From Alphaproteobacteria bacterium (GTDB lineage Bacteria; Pseudomonadota; Alphaproteobacteria; UBA6615): DNA of 43,900 nt. The stretch spans positions 1 to 43,900 of the forward strand of contig JAPUHN010000228.1 of NCBI GenBank assembly GCA_027297685.1, given 5' to 3'. Numbering within the stretch: position 1 is the stretch's first letter; each line of letters begins with the position of its first letter. Of the stretch, positions 30,536 through 39,745 are shown piece by piece. A program made the position numbers and the translations under genes. The notes beneath the pieces are model-generated. The model ran no database searches. It saw only the letters and a list, made by a program, of their open reading frames with translations, and was not told the origin of the DNA.

Positions 30536-31711
30536 ATGAGCAAGGCGGCGCCGGTTATCCAATGGATGCTGAAGGAAGGCCGTTTTACCGGTCACCACAT
30601 GCGCGACTTCGGTGATCAATTGTGCGTGCGAATTGTCGACGCCGGCATTCCCATCACCCGCGCTTTTTGCGGCATCCACACTCTGCACCCGCTGGTTGCC
30701 GCGACGGCTTATGTTTGGAACCGCGACGAAGGCGCTGAACGGTTCACCGCGTCGTGGGAGCAGAGAGATTCCGAGGAATTCCGCAACAGTCCCCCTTATC
30801 ACGTAGGACAAACTGGTGAGCAGATCCGCCGGCGCCTCGATGTGCCTGACGAACAACTTGATTTTGAAATTCTGAAAGACTTCAAGCGCGAAGGCATGAC
30901 CGACTACTTCGCACTTCCCCTGGTATTTTCCGACGGTACCAACAACCCCATGACTTTCCAGACCGACTCGCCGGCGGGATTTCAAGAAGCCGACATTCGC
31001 GGCCTCACCGATATCGTCGAAATGATGGCGCCGATCGTCGAAACCGAATCGGCTTACCGTATTGCGCGCCAGGTTCTCCAGACTTATATCGGCCGCCGCA
31101 CCGGCTCCCGCGTTTTGTCGGGCGCCATCACGCGCGGCGAGGGCGAGACCATCGAGGCGGTCATCTGGTACTGCGATTTACGCGGCTTCACCGGTCTTAC
31201 CGACAGCCTTCCGAGCGACCAGCTGATAGCCCTTCTCAACGACTATTTTGAGATCATGGCCGGCGCCGTTACGGAAGTCGGTGGAGAAGTATTGAAATTC
31301 GTTGGCGACGCCATGCTGGCGATCTTCGCGTTGAGCGACGAGGAGGGCAACGACGCCGAGGCCTGTTGCGCCAAAGCGTTGACCGCCGCGCGCACCGCGC
31401 GCGAGCGCCTGGCCGCCCGCAACGCCGAGCGGCAGGCCGCCGGGATGGCGGTAATCGAATGCGGGCTGGCGCTACATTTAGGAGAGGTGCATTACGGCAA
31501 CATCGGTGCGCCGGACCGCCTCGACTTCACCGTTATCGGGCCGGCCGTCAACCATGCCGCACGTTTGGAGAAACTCGGTTCGCAACTCGGCCATTCCATT
31601 GTCGCGTCGGCCAGCGTTGCCGCCGCCGCACCGGGCAGCTGGTTCACGTTGGGCGCCCACGAACTGCGCGGAGTTGCAGAACCGCAAGAGATATTCGCGC
31701 CCTTGGACTAA
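30536..31711 (+). CDS. class III adenylate cyclase with the same N-terminal domain (paralogue 2)
   Basis: The ATG lies 4 nt after the paralogue 1 stop. WYCDLRGFT, KFVGDAMLAIF and LDFTVIGPAVNHAARLE. The N-terminal domain aligns with paralogue 1 (TLHP..., F(Q/R)NSP, RRRL, (V/M)TDY..LPL.FSDG). Confidence 0.85.
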   Translation: MSKAAPVIQWMLKEGRFTGHHMRDFGDQLCVRIVDAGIPITRAFCGIHTLHPLVAATAYVWNRDEGAERFTASWEQRDSEEFRNSPPYHVGQTGEQIRRRLDVPDEQLDFEILKDFKREGMTDYFALPLVFSDGTNNPMTFQTDSPAGFQEADIRGLTDIVEMMAPIVETESAYRIARQVLQTYIGRRTGSRVLSGAITRGEGETIEAVIWYCDLRGFTGLTDSLPSDQLIALLNDYFEIMAGAVTEVGGEVLKFVGDAMLAIFALSDEEGNDAEACCAKALTAARTARERLAARNAERQAAGMAVIECGLALHLGEVHYGNIGAPDRLDFTVIGPAVNHAARLEKLGSQLGHSIVASASVAAAAPGSWFTLGAHELRGVAEPQEIFAPLD

Positions 31712-31715
31712 GTTT

Positions 31716-32747
31716 CTAAGGATTGAGAAACCCGACGATTTCGTGCGCTTCGCGCAATACGGGTTCGGCGATCGCATTCGCCCGCGCCGCGCCGTCGCGT
31801 AAGATCCCATCGACATGGTTGGGATCGGCCATCAGACGCTGCATCTCTTCGCCGATCGGCCCCAAACTGGCGACCGCCAAATCGGCCAACGCGCCTTTGA
31901 ACGCGCTGAACTGGGCGCCTTCGAACTGTGCCACCGTTGCCGCCATCGATTGTTCCGATAACGCGGCATAGATCGACAACAGATTGAACGCTTCCGGACG
32001 GGCCTTTTCGTGGGCCGGCTCGACATGGCTGCCGTCGGCAGCCAACACGCTGGGTCCCGGCAGGGCATCGGCGTCGGTGCGTGCTTTGCGGATTTTTTGC
32101 GCGATCGCGTCGGGGCCATCGGTCAGATTGATCCGCGAGTAATCCGACGCCTCCGATTTGGACATTTTCTTACTGCCGTCGCGCAGGCTCATCACGCGGG
32201 TTGCCTCGCCGAAGATAAGCGGCTCGACGACCGGCAGAAAATCGACGCCGAAATCGTTGTTGAATTTAAGCGCAATATCGCGCGTCAATTCCAAATGCTG
32301 TTTTTGGTCTTCGCCAACCGGCACGTGCGTCGCTTTGTAGGCCAAAATGTCGGCCGCCATCAGATTGGGATAGACATAGAGCCCGACCGATGCGTTCTCG
32401 CGATGCTTGCCAGCCTTTTCCTTGAACTGGGTCATCCGGTTGAGCCAGCCGACCCGGGCCACGCAGTTGAATATCCAGGCGAGCTCGGCATGCGCCGGCA
32501 CCCGGCTCTGGTTGAACATGATGCTGCGCGCCGGGTCGATACCCGCCGCCAGGAATGCCGCTGCTACTTCGCGGGTGTTCGCGGCCAGCTGCGCCGGATC
32601 TTGCCAGACAGTGATCGCGTGCAAATCGACGACGCAGTAAAGACATTCGAAATCGTCTTGCAGGCGAACGAAATTGCGGATTGCGCCGAGATAATTTCCG
32701 AGATGGAGGCCACCGGTAGGCTGGACGCCTGAAAATATGCGGTTCAT
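31716..32747 (-). CDS. trpS: tryptophan-tRNA ligase
   Basis: [23 protein letters not shown] (HIGH region) and KMSKS present. The start is set at the ATG at 32747 with a GGAGAAG SD. Confidence 0.95.
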   Translation of the reverse strand: MNRIFSGVQPTGGLHLGNYLGAIRNFVRLQDDFECLYCVVDLHAITVWQDPAQLAANTREVAAAFLAAGIDPARSIMFNQSRVPAHAELAWIFNCVARVGWLNRMTQFKEKAGKHRENASVGLYVYPNLMAADILAYKATHVPVGEDQKQHLELTRDIALKFNNDFGVDFLPVVEPLIFGEATRVMSLRDGSKKMSKSEASDYSRINLTDGPDAIAQKIRKARTDADALPGPSVLAADGSHVEPAHEKARPEAFNLLSIYAALSEQSMAATVAQFEGAQFSAFKGALADLAVASLGPIGEEMQRLMADPNHVDGILRDGAARANAIAEPVLREAHEIVGFLNP

Positions 32748-32865
32748 CGTAAACTTCTCCAGGGGGTTTGGACGCCCGAGGCGCTTGACGCCGGCCATTC
32801 GATGGGGCGGGGCGCGCCGTTATCGCTGCGCGAAGGCGTGCCGTCAAGCCGCCGTCAAACCGCTG

Positions 32866-34413
32866 TCAGGCGCGCCGCAGCAGGGCGCGCATTTCGGTCC
32901 AGCGCATAACGCCAAACAGTTGCGCTAGCACGCCGTAGACGCCAAGACCAACCACAACCACCAGAACCAGCGCGGCAATCCCCTGCAACGAGCCGGCGAC
33001 CAGCCAGGGCGCCAGCCCGCGGACCGCCAGCCACAGAACTGCGGCCATCAATACTGAAGCCCCGACGGTGCCGGCCAACCGGGCCCGCAGGCGCCGATCG
33101 GGCGCCAGCAATCCGCGCCGGTACAGCAAGAAGGCGAGCGCGCCGGCGTTGGCCCATGCCGAAATGGCTGTCGCCAGGGCGATCCCCACATGGGCGAGGA
33201 CCGGCATCAGGCTCAGCGCGACCGCCACATTGAGGAGCAGCGCCCCAACAGCGATTTTGACCGGCGTCGCGGTATCTTCGCGGGCGAAGAAGCCCGGCGC
33301 CAACGCCTTGATCAATACATAGGCCGGCAGGCCCGAGGCAAACGCCATCAGCGCCAGTGCTGTCGCCAGCGCATCGTGGGCGCCGAACTGGCCGCGCTGA
33401 AACAGTACCGTGATGATCGGGCCGGGCAGAACCAACAACGCCGCCGCCGCCGGGATCGTCAGCAGCATGGCGAATTCGATTGCCCGGTTTTGGCTCTCGC
33501 GCGCGCCTGCATCGTCGCCCGCCCTCAATTGCCGCGACAGCAGCGGCAGCAGGGTAACGCCGACCGCCGCGCCCACCACGCCGAGCGGCAACTGGTTCAC
33601 CCGGTCGGCGAAGTACAGGAACGAAACCGAGCCCTCGGGCAGTTCCGACGCTAGCCGCACCCCGATCAGAACATTGATCTGGTACACCCCGGCGCCGATG
33701 ATGCCGGGGCCCATCAGCACAAACAGGCGGCGAACCTTCGGGCCCATCACCAGGCGCGGCACGGTAGGTAAAAGACCCGCACGGCCGCACGCGAACATCA
33801 GCCATGCCAATTGTCCGATGCCGGCAAGCAAAACGCCCCAGCTCAGCGCCAGCCCCGGGTCCGGCAACCAGCCGCGGCTCACCCCAACCAGGGCACCGAT
33901 CAGAATAATATTCAACAGGATCGGCGCCGCCGCAGCGGCAACGAATCGCTCGAGCGTATTGAGGATGCCGCTCAGCATCGCCGCCAGCGATACGAACAAC
34001 AGGTAGGGAAAGGTCAGGCGGGCGAAATCGATCGCAAGCTGAAACTTCGCCGGGTCGTCACGGAAGCCGCCGGCGATCACGCTCATGACCTCGGGCATGA
34101 ATATTTCCACCAGCACGCTGAACGCGATCAGCACGGTCAGCATTACGCCGAAGACACGCTCGGCGAACGCGCGCGCGGCAGCACGTCCCGACTGGGTCAG
34201 CTCGCCGGCGAATAACGGAACAAACGCCGCGTTGAATGCCCCCTCTGCGAACAATCTGCGGAAAACGTTAGGCAATTGCAGCGCGACGAAAAATGCATCG
34301 GTGACTTGGCCCGCACCGAGCAGACCGGCGATTAGAATATCGCGGACAAATCCCAGCACGCGGCTGCCCATGGTCCAGCCGCCGACGGTGGCGATCGATC
34401 TAAAAAGCGCCAT
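32866..34413 (-). CDS. murJ: lipid II flippase MurJ (MviN)
   Basis: 515 aa, polytopic. The N-terminus SRVLGFVRDILIAGLLGAG...DAFFVALQLPNVFRRLFAEGAFNAAFVP is the MurJ signature. Conserved glnD-murJ pairing. Confidence 0.93.
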   Translation of the reverse strand: MALFRSIATVGGWTMGSRVLGFVRDILIAGLLGAGQVTDAFFVALQLPNVFRRLFAEGAFNAAFVPLFAGELTQSGRAAARAFAERVFGVMLTVLIAFSVLVEIFMPEVMSVIAGGFRDDPAKFQLAIDFARLTFPYLLFVSLAAMLSGILNTLERFVAAAAAPILLNIILIGALVGVSRGWLPDPGLALSWGVLLAGIGQLAWLMFACGRAGLLPTVPRLVMGPKVRRLFVLMGPGIIGAGVYQINVLIGVRLASELPEGSVSFLYFADRVNQLPLGVVGAAVGVTLLPLLSRQLRAGDDAGARESQNRAIEFAMLLTIPAAAALLVLPGPIITVLFQRGQFGAHDALATALALMAFASGLPAYVLIKALAPGFFAREDTATPVKIAVGALLLNVAVALSLMPVLAHVGIALATAISAWANAGALAFLLYRRGLLAPDRRLRARLAGTVGASVLMAAVLWLAVRGLAPWLVAGSLQGIAALVLVVVVGLGVYGVLAQLFGVMRWTEMRALLRRA

Positions 34414-34473
34414 GGCGCGCTCTTAGCCGGAAATCGGGGCGAAGGAAAGGCGAAGTCCCAGCTGGTTCAGGGC

Positions 34474-37236
34474 CTACTCCGCTGCTGCCGAGCGTTGGTC
34501 GAGTGCGTCGTCAACTTCACCGATCGCATCGAGTAGGGTTTTGCGAATTTTTTCCGAACGATCTTCATGCGTCACCTTCATACCGAAACCGTCTTTGACG
34601 TAGAAGACATCTACCGCGCGTTCGCCATAGGTCGATATTTTCGACGATGAAATTTGCAATGAAAGCGAATACAGCGCGCGCGTCACCGAATAGAGAAATC
34701 CGGGACGGTCGCGCCCGTTAATTTCAATGACCGTGTGGGTCGCACTCGCCTGATTGTCGATGATGACCCGCGGCGCCACGGTGAAGACGCGGGTGCGCTC
34801 GGGCACGAATGTTCGCTCGTTATGGGCTTCGTCGCGCTTCATTTCTCCCGCCAGCGCCCGCTCAATTTGCACCGACATGCGCGCCAGGGCCGAAGTCTGG
34901 GCGAAGGCCCGCCCGTTGTGGTCTTGCAACCAGAACACGTCGAGCACCATGCCCTCCGGCGTGGTGAAGACCTTGGCGTCGACGACGTTGGCGCCGACTG
35001 CTGCGAACGCTCCGGCGATGCGCGAAAACAGACCGGGATGGTCTTGCGTGTAGATGGTCACTTCCGTCACATCGAGGTCGCCCACGACTCGAGTTTCGAC
35101 GGTTAGCGGACGAGCTTCCACTTCGGCGGCGCGCATGATGCGCGCCTGACGCTCGTGTGTTTCAGCATCGAAAGTCAGCCAGTAACCTGGATAACCCCGC
35201 CCAAACTGGGCCTCGATATCGGCTTCCGGCCAGTCGGTGAGGCGGGTCCTCAGTGCGTCCTTGGCCGCCTCGACACGCGTGCTGTGGGCTTGGGTCAACT
35301 GGCCGCCGGACAACACATCCTCGGTTGCGTAGTACAATTCGCGCAGCAGTTCTGCTTTCCAGTTGTTCCAAACGTTGGGACCGGTCGCGCGCATATCGAC
35401 CACCGTCAGGCACAGCAGCAATCGCAGCCGCTCGAGCGACTGCACCAGCTCGGCAAAATCGCTGATGGTCTTGCTATCCGACAGGTCGCGTTTTTGCGCA
35501 ACATTACTCATCGCCAGATGTTGGCGGACCAACCATTCGACGGTTTCCGTTTCCTCGTCGCTGAGCCCCAACGTCGGGCAGACCTTGCGAGCCACGTCGG
35601 CGCCCAACTCGGAATGATTGCCGCCGCGCCCCTTGGCGATATCGTGCAGCAGAACGGCAATATATAACGCCCGGCGCGAACCGATCGTCGGCAATAATTC
35701 GCTGGCCAGCGGATGTTCGCGGCGTTGCTCGCCGCGTTCGATCGACGCCAATAACCCAATCGCCTGGATGGTGTGCTCGTCGACCGTGTAGACGTGATAC
35801 ATGTCATACTGCATCTGGGCTACGACGCGCCCGAAATCGGGAATGAAGCGGCCGAGGACGCCCGCCTCGTTCAATCGTTTGAGCGCCGTCGCCGGATCGT
35901 TCTTCGAGGTCAGGATGTCGAGAAACAGTCGATTCGCTTCCTCGTCGATGCGCAGCGATTCGTCGATCTTTTTGAGGTTCTGGGTGATCTGCCGCAGCGA
36001 GGCCGGGTGGATGTCGAGCCCGTGTGTTTGGGCGACCGCAAAAAGGCGTATGAAATTGACCGGATCGTCGACGAAGGCGGTCTCCGAGGCGGCCTTGAGC
36101 CAGCCGCGTTCGGCTACGAAGCCGTCGAGGTCACGCGCCCGGCCGGTGAAAAAGGGCAAGCGAAATCGTGGCTGGCGCCGGTGGGCGATCTCCAGCGCGG
36201 CGCAGAAGATGCGGGTCAGATCGCCGACCTCCTTGGCGATTAAATAGTAGTATCTCATGAAACGCTCGACACCCATGACACCCTTGCGGTCATTGAAACC
36301 GAGCAACTTGGCGATGGTCTGCTGATGGTCGAAAGTCAGCCGTTCCTCACCGCGCCCGGCAATGTAATGGAGGTGGCAGCGTACGGCGCGCAGAAATTCG
36401 TGCGCTTTCCTGAAGCGCGCCGCCTCGGCGGGGCTGAAGACGCTTTTGTCGATCAAATCGCGGATTTCATCGACCCGGTAGAGGTACTTGGCGATCCAGT
36501 AGAGCGTATGCAGATCGCGCAATCCCCCCTTGCCCTCTTTTATATTGGGTTCGAGCACGTAGCGGGTATCGCCCATCTTGTGGTGGCGGGCATCGCGCTC
36601 GGCCAGCTTGGCATCGACGAATTCCAAGCCCGAATCGGCGCCGATGGTGGCCAGGTAACGGCGGCGGAACTCGGCGTAAATATGGTTGTCGCCCCACAGA
36701 AATCGCGATTCGAGAAGGGCGGTGCGGATGGTTAGGTCCTTGGCTGCCATGCGCAGGCATTCATCGATCGAGCGCGTGGCGTGGCCGACTTTCAGCCCCA
36801 GATCCCACAACATGTAGAGAATGTATTCGATGACCTGCTCGGAGTGGGGGCTGAGCTTGTAGTTGAGGACGAAGAGCAGGTCGACGTCGGAGAATGGCGC
36901 CAGCTCGCCGCGCCCATAGCCGCCGACCGCTACAACGGCGATCCGCTCGCCTTGTGTCGGATTGGACAGCGGGTAGGCGGTCTCGAAGGCGAAATCGTAG
37001 AGAAGCCGGATGATCTGGTCGATTAGGAAGGCGTTCGCCCGCATGCAGGCGCGGCCGTCATTGTGATCGTCGAAGCGTTTGCGAATTTCAATTCGGCCTG
37101 CAGACAGGGTTTGTTTAAGGAGCGCCAGAATCTCGCCGCGGCCGCCCTCGGCGCCATGCTCGCGCACGATGGCGTCGAGCCGGGCGACGATGGCCCGACG
37201 ATCGACGATGTCGCGTTGCTTGGCAATGACGTTCAA
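34474..37236 (-). CDS. glnD: bifunctional [protein-PII] uridylyltransferase/uridylyl-removing enzyme
   Basis: 920 aa with a nucleotidyltransferase domain (GGYGRGELAPFSDVDLLF), an HD domain (LLHDIAKG) and two C-terminal ACT domains. Confidence 0.95.
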   Translation of the reverse strand: MNVIAKQRDIVDRRAIVARLDAIVREHGAEGGRGEILALLKQTLSAGRIEIRKRFDDHNDGRACMRANAFLIDQIIRLLYDFAFETAYPLSNPTQGERIAVVAVGGYGRGELAPFSDVDLLFVLNYKLSPHSEQVIEYILYMLWDLGLKVGHATRSIDECLRMAAKDLTIRTALLESRFLWGDNHIYAEFRRRYLATIGADSGLEFVDAKLAERDARHHKMGDTRYVLEPNIKEGKGGLRDLHTLYWIAKYLYRVDEIRDLIDKSVFSPAEAARFRKAHEFLRAVRCHLHYIAGRGEERLTFDHQQTIAKLLGFNDRKGVMGVERFMRYYYLIAKEVGDLTRIFCAALEIAHRRQPRFRLPFFTGRARDLDGFVAERGWLKAASETAFVDDPVNFIRLFAVAQTHGLDIHPASLRQITQNLKKIDESLRIDEEANRLFLDILTSKNDPATALKRLNEAGVLGRFIPDFGRVVAQMQYDMYHVYTVDEHTIQAIGLLASIERGEQRREHPLASELLPTIGSRRALYIAVLLHDIAKGRGGNHSELGADVARKVCPTLGLSDEETETVEWLVRQHLAMSNVAQKRDLSDSKTISDFAELVQSLERLRLLLCLTVVDMRATGPNVWNNWKAELLRELYYATEDVLSGGQLTQAHSTRVEAAKDALRTRLTDWPEADIEAQFGRGYPGYWLTFDAETHERQARIMRAAEVEARPLTVETRVVGDLDVTEVTIYTQDHPGLFSRIAGAFAAVGANVVDAKVFTTPEGMVLDVFWLQDHNGRAFAQTSALARMSVQIERALAGEMKRDEAHNERTFVPERTRVFTVAPRVIIDNQASATHTVIEINGRDRPGFLYSVTRALYSLSLQISSSKISTYGERAVDVFYVKDGFGMKVTHEDRSEKIRKTLLDAIGEVDDALDQRSAAAE

Positions 37237-37681
37237 TGTGCTGCTCGGTGCATGGCTCGTACGTGTTAATCAGATCCCGTATACAATACCATGAGGCGAT
37301 GAATTCGACCCATAATCCCGGAGGTCGAATAAGTGGTGGTAGGCTTTATTTTTTTACAATTGAAAGTAAGGGTTCACCCAGTCTCGTTTGTCGTGTCCAC
37401 ATCGTCCTACCCGACTACAGGGTCCAACCAGCCTATAGACTTGCCGTCCGGCCACAACCAGTATTTGGGTCGACGGGATTGTGTTATAGCGCGCCTGCGG
37501 CGCGATCAACGAGCGGCGTTTGCGACGCGCAAGGGAGCCAGTTTTGCTGGTTGTTGGCACAAAACCTAGACCACACCACCAGACTGAATGAATTTCGCCT
37601 AGATGCAGTCAAAGTGGGCGCTCTCTTGGTCGATCGCGCTGGCGATGATGGGAGACGACCAATCCTAGTGAATTATATCCG

Positions 37682-39388
37682 CTAGCTGGCTTTGCGCTGC
37701 CGGACGACGCGTTCGGCGGGGAAAATCACCGACACGGTGGTCCCTGCTCCACTTTCGCTTTTGATTTCGAATGAACCGCCATGGAGCTCAACAAACGATT
37801 TAGTCAGAGGAATACCCAAACCGGTGCCCTCGTATTGGCGGGTGAGTTGATTTTCGATTTGGACGAACGGCATTAGCGCTTGGAGGATATCGTTTGGCGT
37901 CATGCCGATCCCGGTATCGGCGACCTCAACCATCATTCCCCCGCGGCCCTTGATAATCGCGCAGCGTAGCGTGACCCGGCCGCCCGGCGGCGTAAACTTG
38001 ACAGCGTTCGACATCAGGTTGAGCAAAATCTGCTTCACGCGGCGCTCATCTGCGCGCAGCAACGGTAGCGCGTCCGGAACCTCGACAAGCAGTTCGACCT
38101 CGCCCTTGTCGGCCTGCGTTTGGATGATACGGATCACCAATTCGATAACGCCTTCGACATTGCAATCGGTCTCATACAGCTCGATGTTTCCAGACTCAAG
38201 CTTGGAAACATCGAGGATATCATTGATCATGCCGAGCAGGTGGATGCCGCTTTCGTTAATGCCGCGCGCGTATTCGATGTAACGCGGGTCACCCATCGGG
38301 CCGAACATCTGTTTGCTCATCATCTCCGAGAACCCGTTGATCGCGTTGAGTGGGGTGCGGAGCTCGTGGCTCATGGTGGTGAGGAAGACGGACTTCGCCA
38401 GATTCGCTGCTTCGGCGCGCTCTTTGGCGTCCCTTGCATCTTCGAGCGCTTGGGTGAGCTGCAAATCGTGCTGGTCTTCGGTGTCCAGCATATTGTTGAG
38501 CAGATTTGCGACCTCGCCGATCTCGTCCTGACCAAGCGGTGGTGTACGGGCTTTAACCTCGCCCGCCCGACGCGCATCGATGGCGCGGCGAATTGCAGCG
38601 ATCGGCACCAGAACTTGGCGGTTCATGAGGATAAAGGCGATCACGAGAAGCACTAGGACAGCGGCAAGCAACGTCGATATGTGCTGCCAGACGGTGGTGA
38701 AGGAAGCCTGCCGCACACCTTCGTATTCGAACCGAAGCAGGATTATGCCGCGATAGTCACGCGTCGCAGTCCAGGTTGCACCCAGCTGCACTTGTTGGCG
38801 CGCTTGCTTTCCTGTTTCGGCGCTCGGGCGAGCCCCCTTGCCGGGCGTGGCCCGCATGGCCGTGCCGGATTTTTGCGTCATGCCCGGCATAGCTTTTCCG
38901 GTGGTTTCACCCGGCTTGGAGCCAGAGCCCGTTCCGTGACCCATCATCCCGCGCATGCTGGGCTCCAGGGGCAAGATCATGACCAGATCGCCGTTGACAT
39001 CCAAATGCTGGCCGAACTGTCCCGTCCGCAGGGACCTGAGCACATGCACGCGCAAGTGCTCCTCCGGCAAAATCTGGGCCCTCTGCCCGACATAGCCTTT
39101 GATGGATGACGCCAGAATCGAGGGCCGAATCCTGCTGACGACGATGATGGATTTGAGCTCGGGCCCGTCGCGGACAACTTTGTCAATCACGTGCTGCACC
39201 TGGGTAAATCCCGCGGCGACCATGGCGACGTGGTTTATGGCGCTGCCTAACAGACGACCCCGCTTCGCAAGTTGTTCCTCGAATTGACCGAGGGTGACCC
39301 TATAGGTGATCCACGAAGCAGCCGCGCCGACAAAAAGGCCGCCGAGAAGGAGCGAGACAAGCAGTTTGGTGCGGATCGACGAGCGCAT
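37682..39388 (-). CDS. membrane sensor histidine kinase (HK1): TM, periplasmic domain, TM, HAMP-like linker, HisKA, HATPase_c
   Basis: TM1 LLVSLLLGGLFVGAAASWI; TM2 LLAAVLVLLVIAFIL; H-box [15 protein letters not shown] (His ~341); N box NLMSNAVKFT; G1 DTGIGM; G2 GTGLGIPL. PleC/DivJ-like core. No receiver domain. Confidence 0.9.
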   Translation of the reverse strand: MRSSIRTKLLVSLLLGGLFVGAAASWITYRVTLGQFEEQLAKRGRLLGSAINHVAMVAAGFTQVQHVIDKVVRDGPELKSIIVVSRIRPSILASSIKGYVGQRAQILPEEHLRVHVLRSLRTGQFGQHLDVNGDLVMILPLEPSMRGMMGHGTGSGSKPGETTGKAMPGMTQKSGTAMRATPGKGARPSAETGKQARQQVQLGATWTATRDYRGIILLRFEYEGVRQASFTTVWQHISTLLAAVLVLLVIAFILMNRQVLVPIAAIRRAIDARRAGEVKARTPPLGQDEIGEVANLLNNMLDTEDQHDLQLTQALEDARDAKERAEAANLAKSVFLTTMSHELRTPLNAINGFSEMMSKQMFGPMGDPRYIEYARGINESGIHLLGMINDILDVSKLESGNIELYETDCNVEGVIELVIRIIQTQADKGEVELLVEVPDALPLLRADERRVKQILLNLMSNAVKFTPPGGRVTLRCAIIKGRGGMMVEVADTGIGMTPNDILQALMPFVQIENQLTRQYEGTGLGIPLTKSFVELHGGSFEIKSESGAGTTVSVIFPAERVVRQRKAS

Positions 39389-39691
39389 ATAGTAAACCTG
39401 GGATGGGAACTCAGAGGTCGGTGAGCGTAGATCGAATAATCTAGAACAAATTGCTTATAAAACCATAAGAACCGACTTAACCGATTCCAAACTTTCTCAT
39501 AAACAACGGGCCGCGCGCCGGCTTCAAAAAAAGCGCGTTCCCTTCAATCTGAGATCCGAGGCCTCGATCCCGTCCTCGGGCAATTACTGTGTGCTCAATC
39601 CCTCGATGGAACAGGTGTCTTTCAGGCGTCATTTGGGCCATGCCATCAATAGGATCAACGGCAAGGGCGCGCAGAGTGTCGGTCCGGCGCG

Positions 39692-39724
39692 CAAACAAAT
39701 AAACGATACTTCCCGATCGGAAGT
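39692..39724 (-). terminator. Weak terminator-like hairpin downstream of the HerA-like gene
   Basis: The minus strand reads ACTTCC-GATCG-GGAAGT followed by ATCGTTTATTTGTTTG. The stem is only 6 bp, so this is tentative. Confidence 0.3.
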
Positions 39725-39745
39725 CGAAATATTAGCAGGTAGCGC

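Noticed and set aside
29275-31711. The tandem nucleotide cyclases, considered as a Pycsar/CBASS-like anti-phage signalling system.
   Set aside because: The substrate-specifying Lys/Asp pair predicts ATP rather than pyrimidine substrates. No cNMP-binding effector (TM, TIR or other) is adjacent; the flanking genes are nfu and trpS on the opposite strand.
32800-32865. Direct repeat TTGACGGC-N3-TTGACGGC on the minus strand between murJ and trpS, considered as an iterated operator or a T-box-like leader for trpS.
   Set aside because: It is too short for a T-box and no specifier or antiterminator structure is visible. It is most simply two overlapping -35-like hexamers of the trpS promoter.
37555-37570. 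TGGCAC-N5-CTAGA, which resembles the -24 element of a sigma-54 promoter. This is of interest because glnD is nearby.
   Set aside because: The -12 element (TTGC) is absent. On the plus strand it points into the 3' end of the convergent HK1 gene rather than toward glnD.
37236-37685. A 149-aa plus-strand ORF, together with 37333..37569(+) and 37354..37560(-), filling the glnD-HK1 spacer. These were considered as a decayed gene or integrase remnant.
   Set aside because: No SD and no domain-like sequence. The composition is heterogeneous and it overlaps the ends of both flanking genes. It is more likely non-coding spacer.
39477-39698. A 73-aa minus-strand ORF in the spacer between the HerA-like gene and HK1 (MFARRTDTLRALAVDPIDGMAQMTPERHLF...), considered as a possible missing small partner such as a NurA fragment or an adaptor.
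   Set aside because: It starts with a TTG inside the T-rich tail of the putative terminator and has no SD. It shows no visible third-position GC bias and no motif I recognise, and it is far too short for NurA. Conservation in orthologous loci would be needed to revive it.
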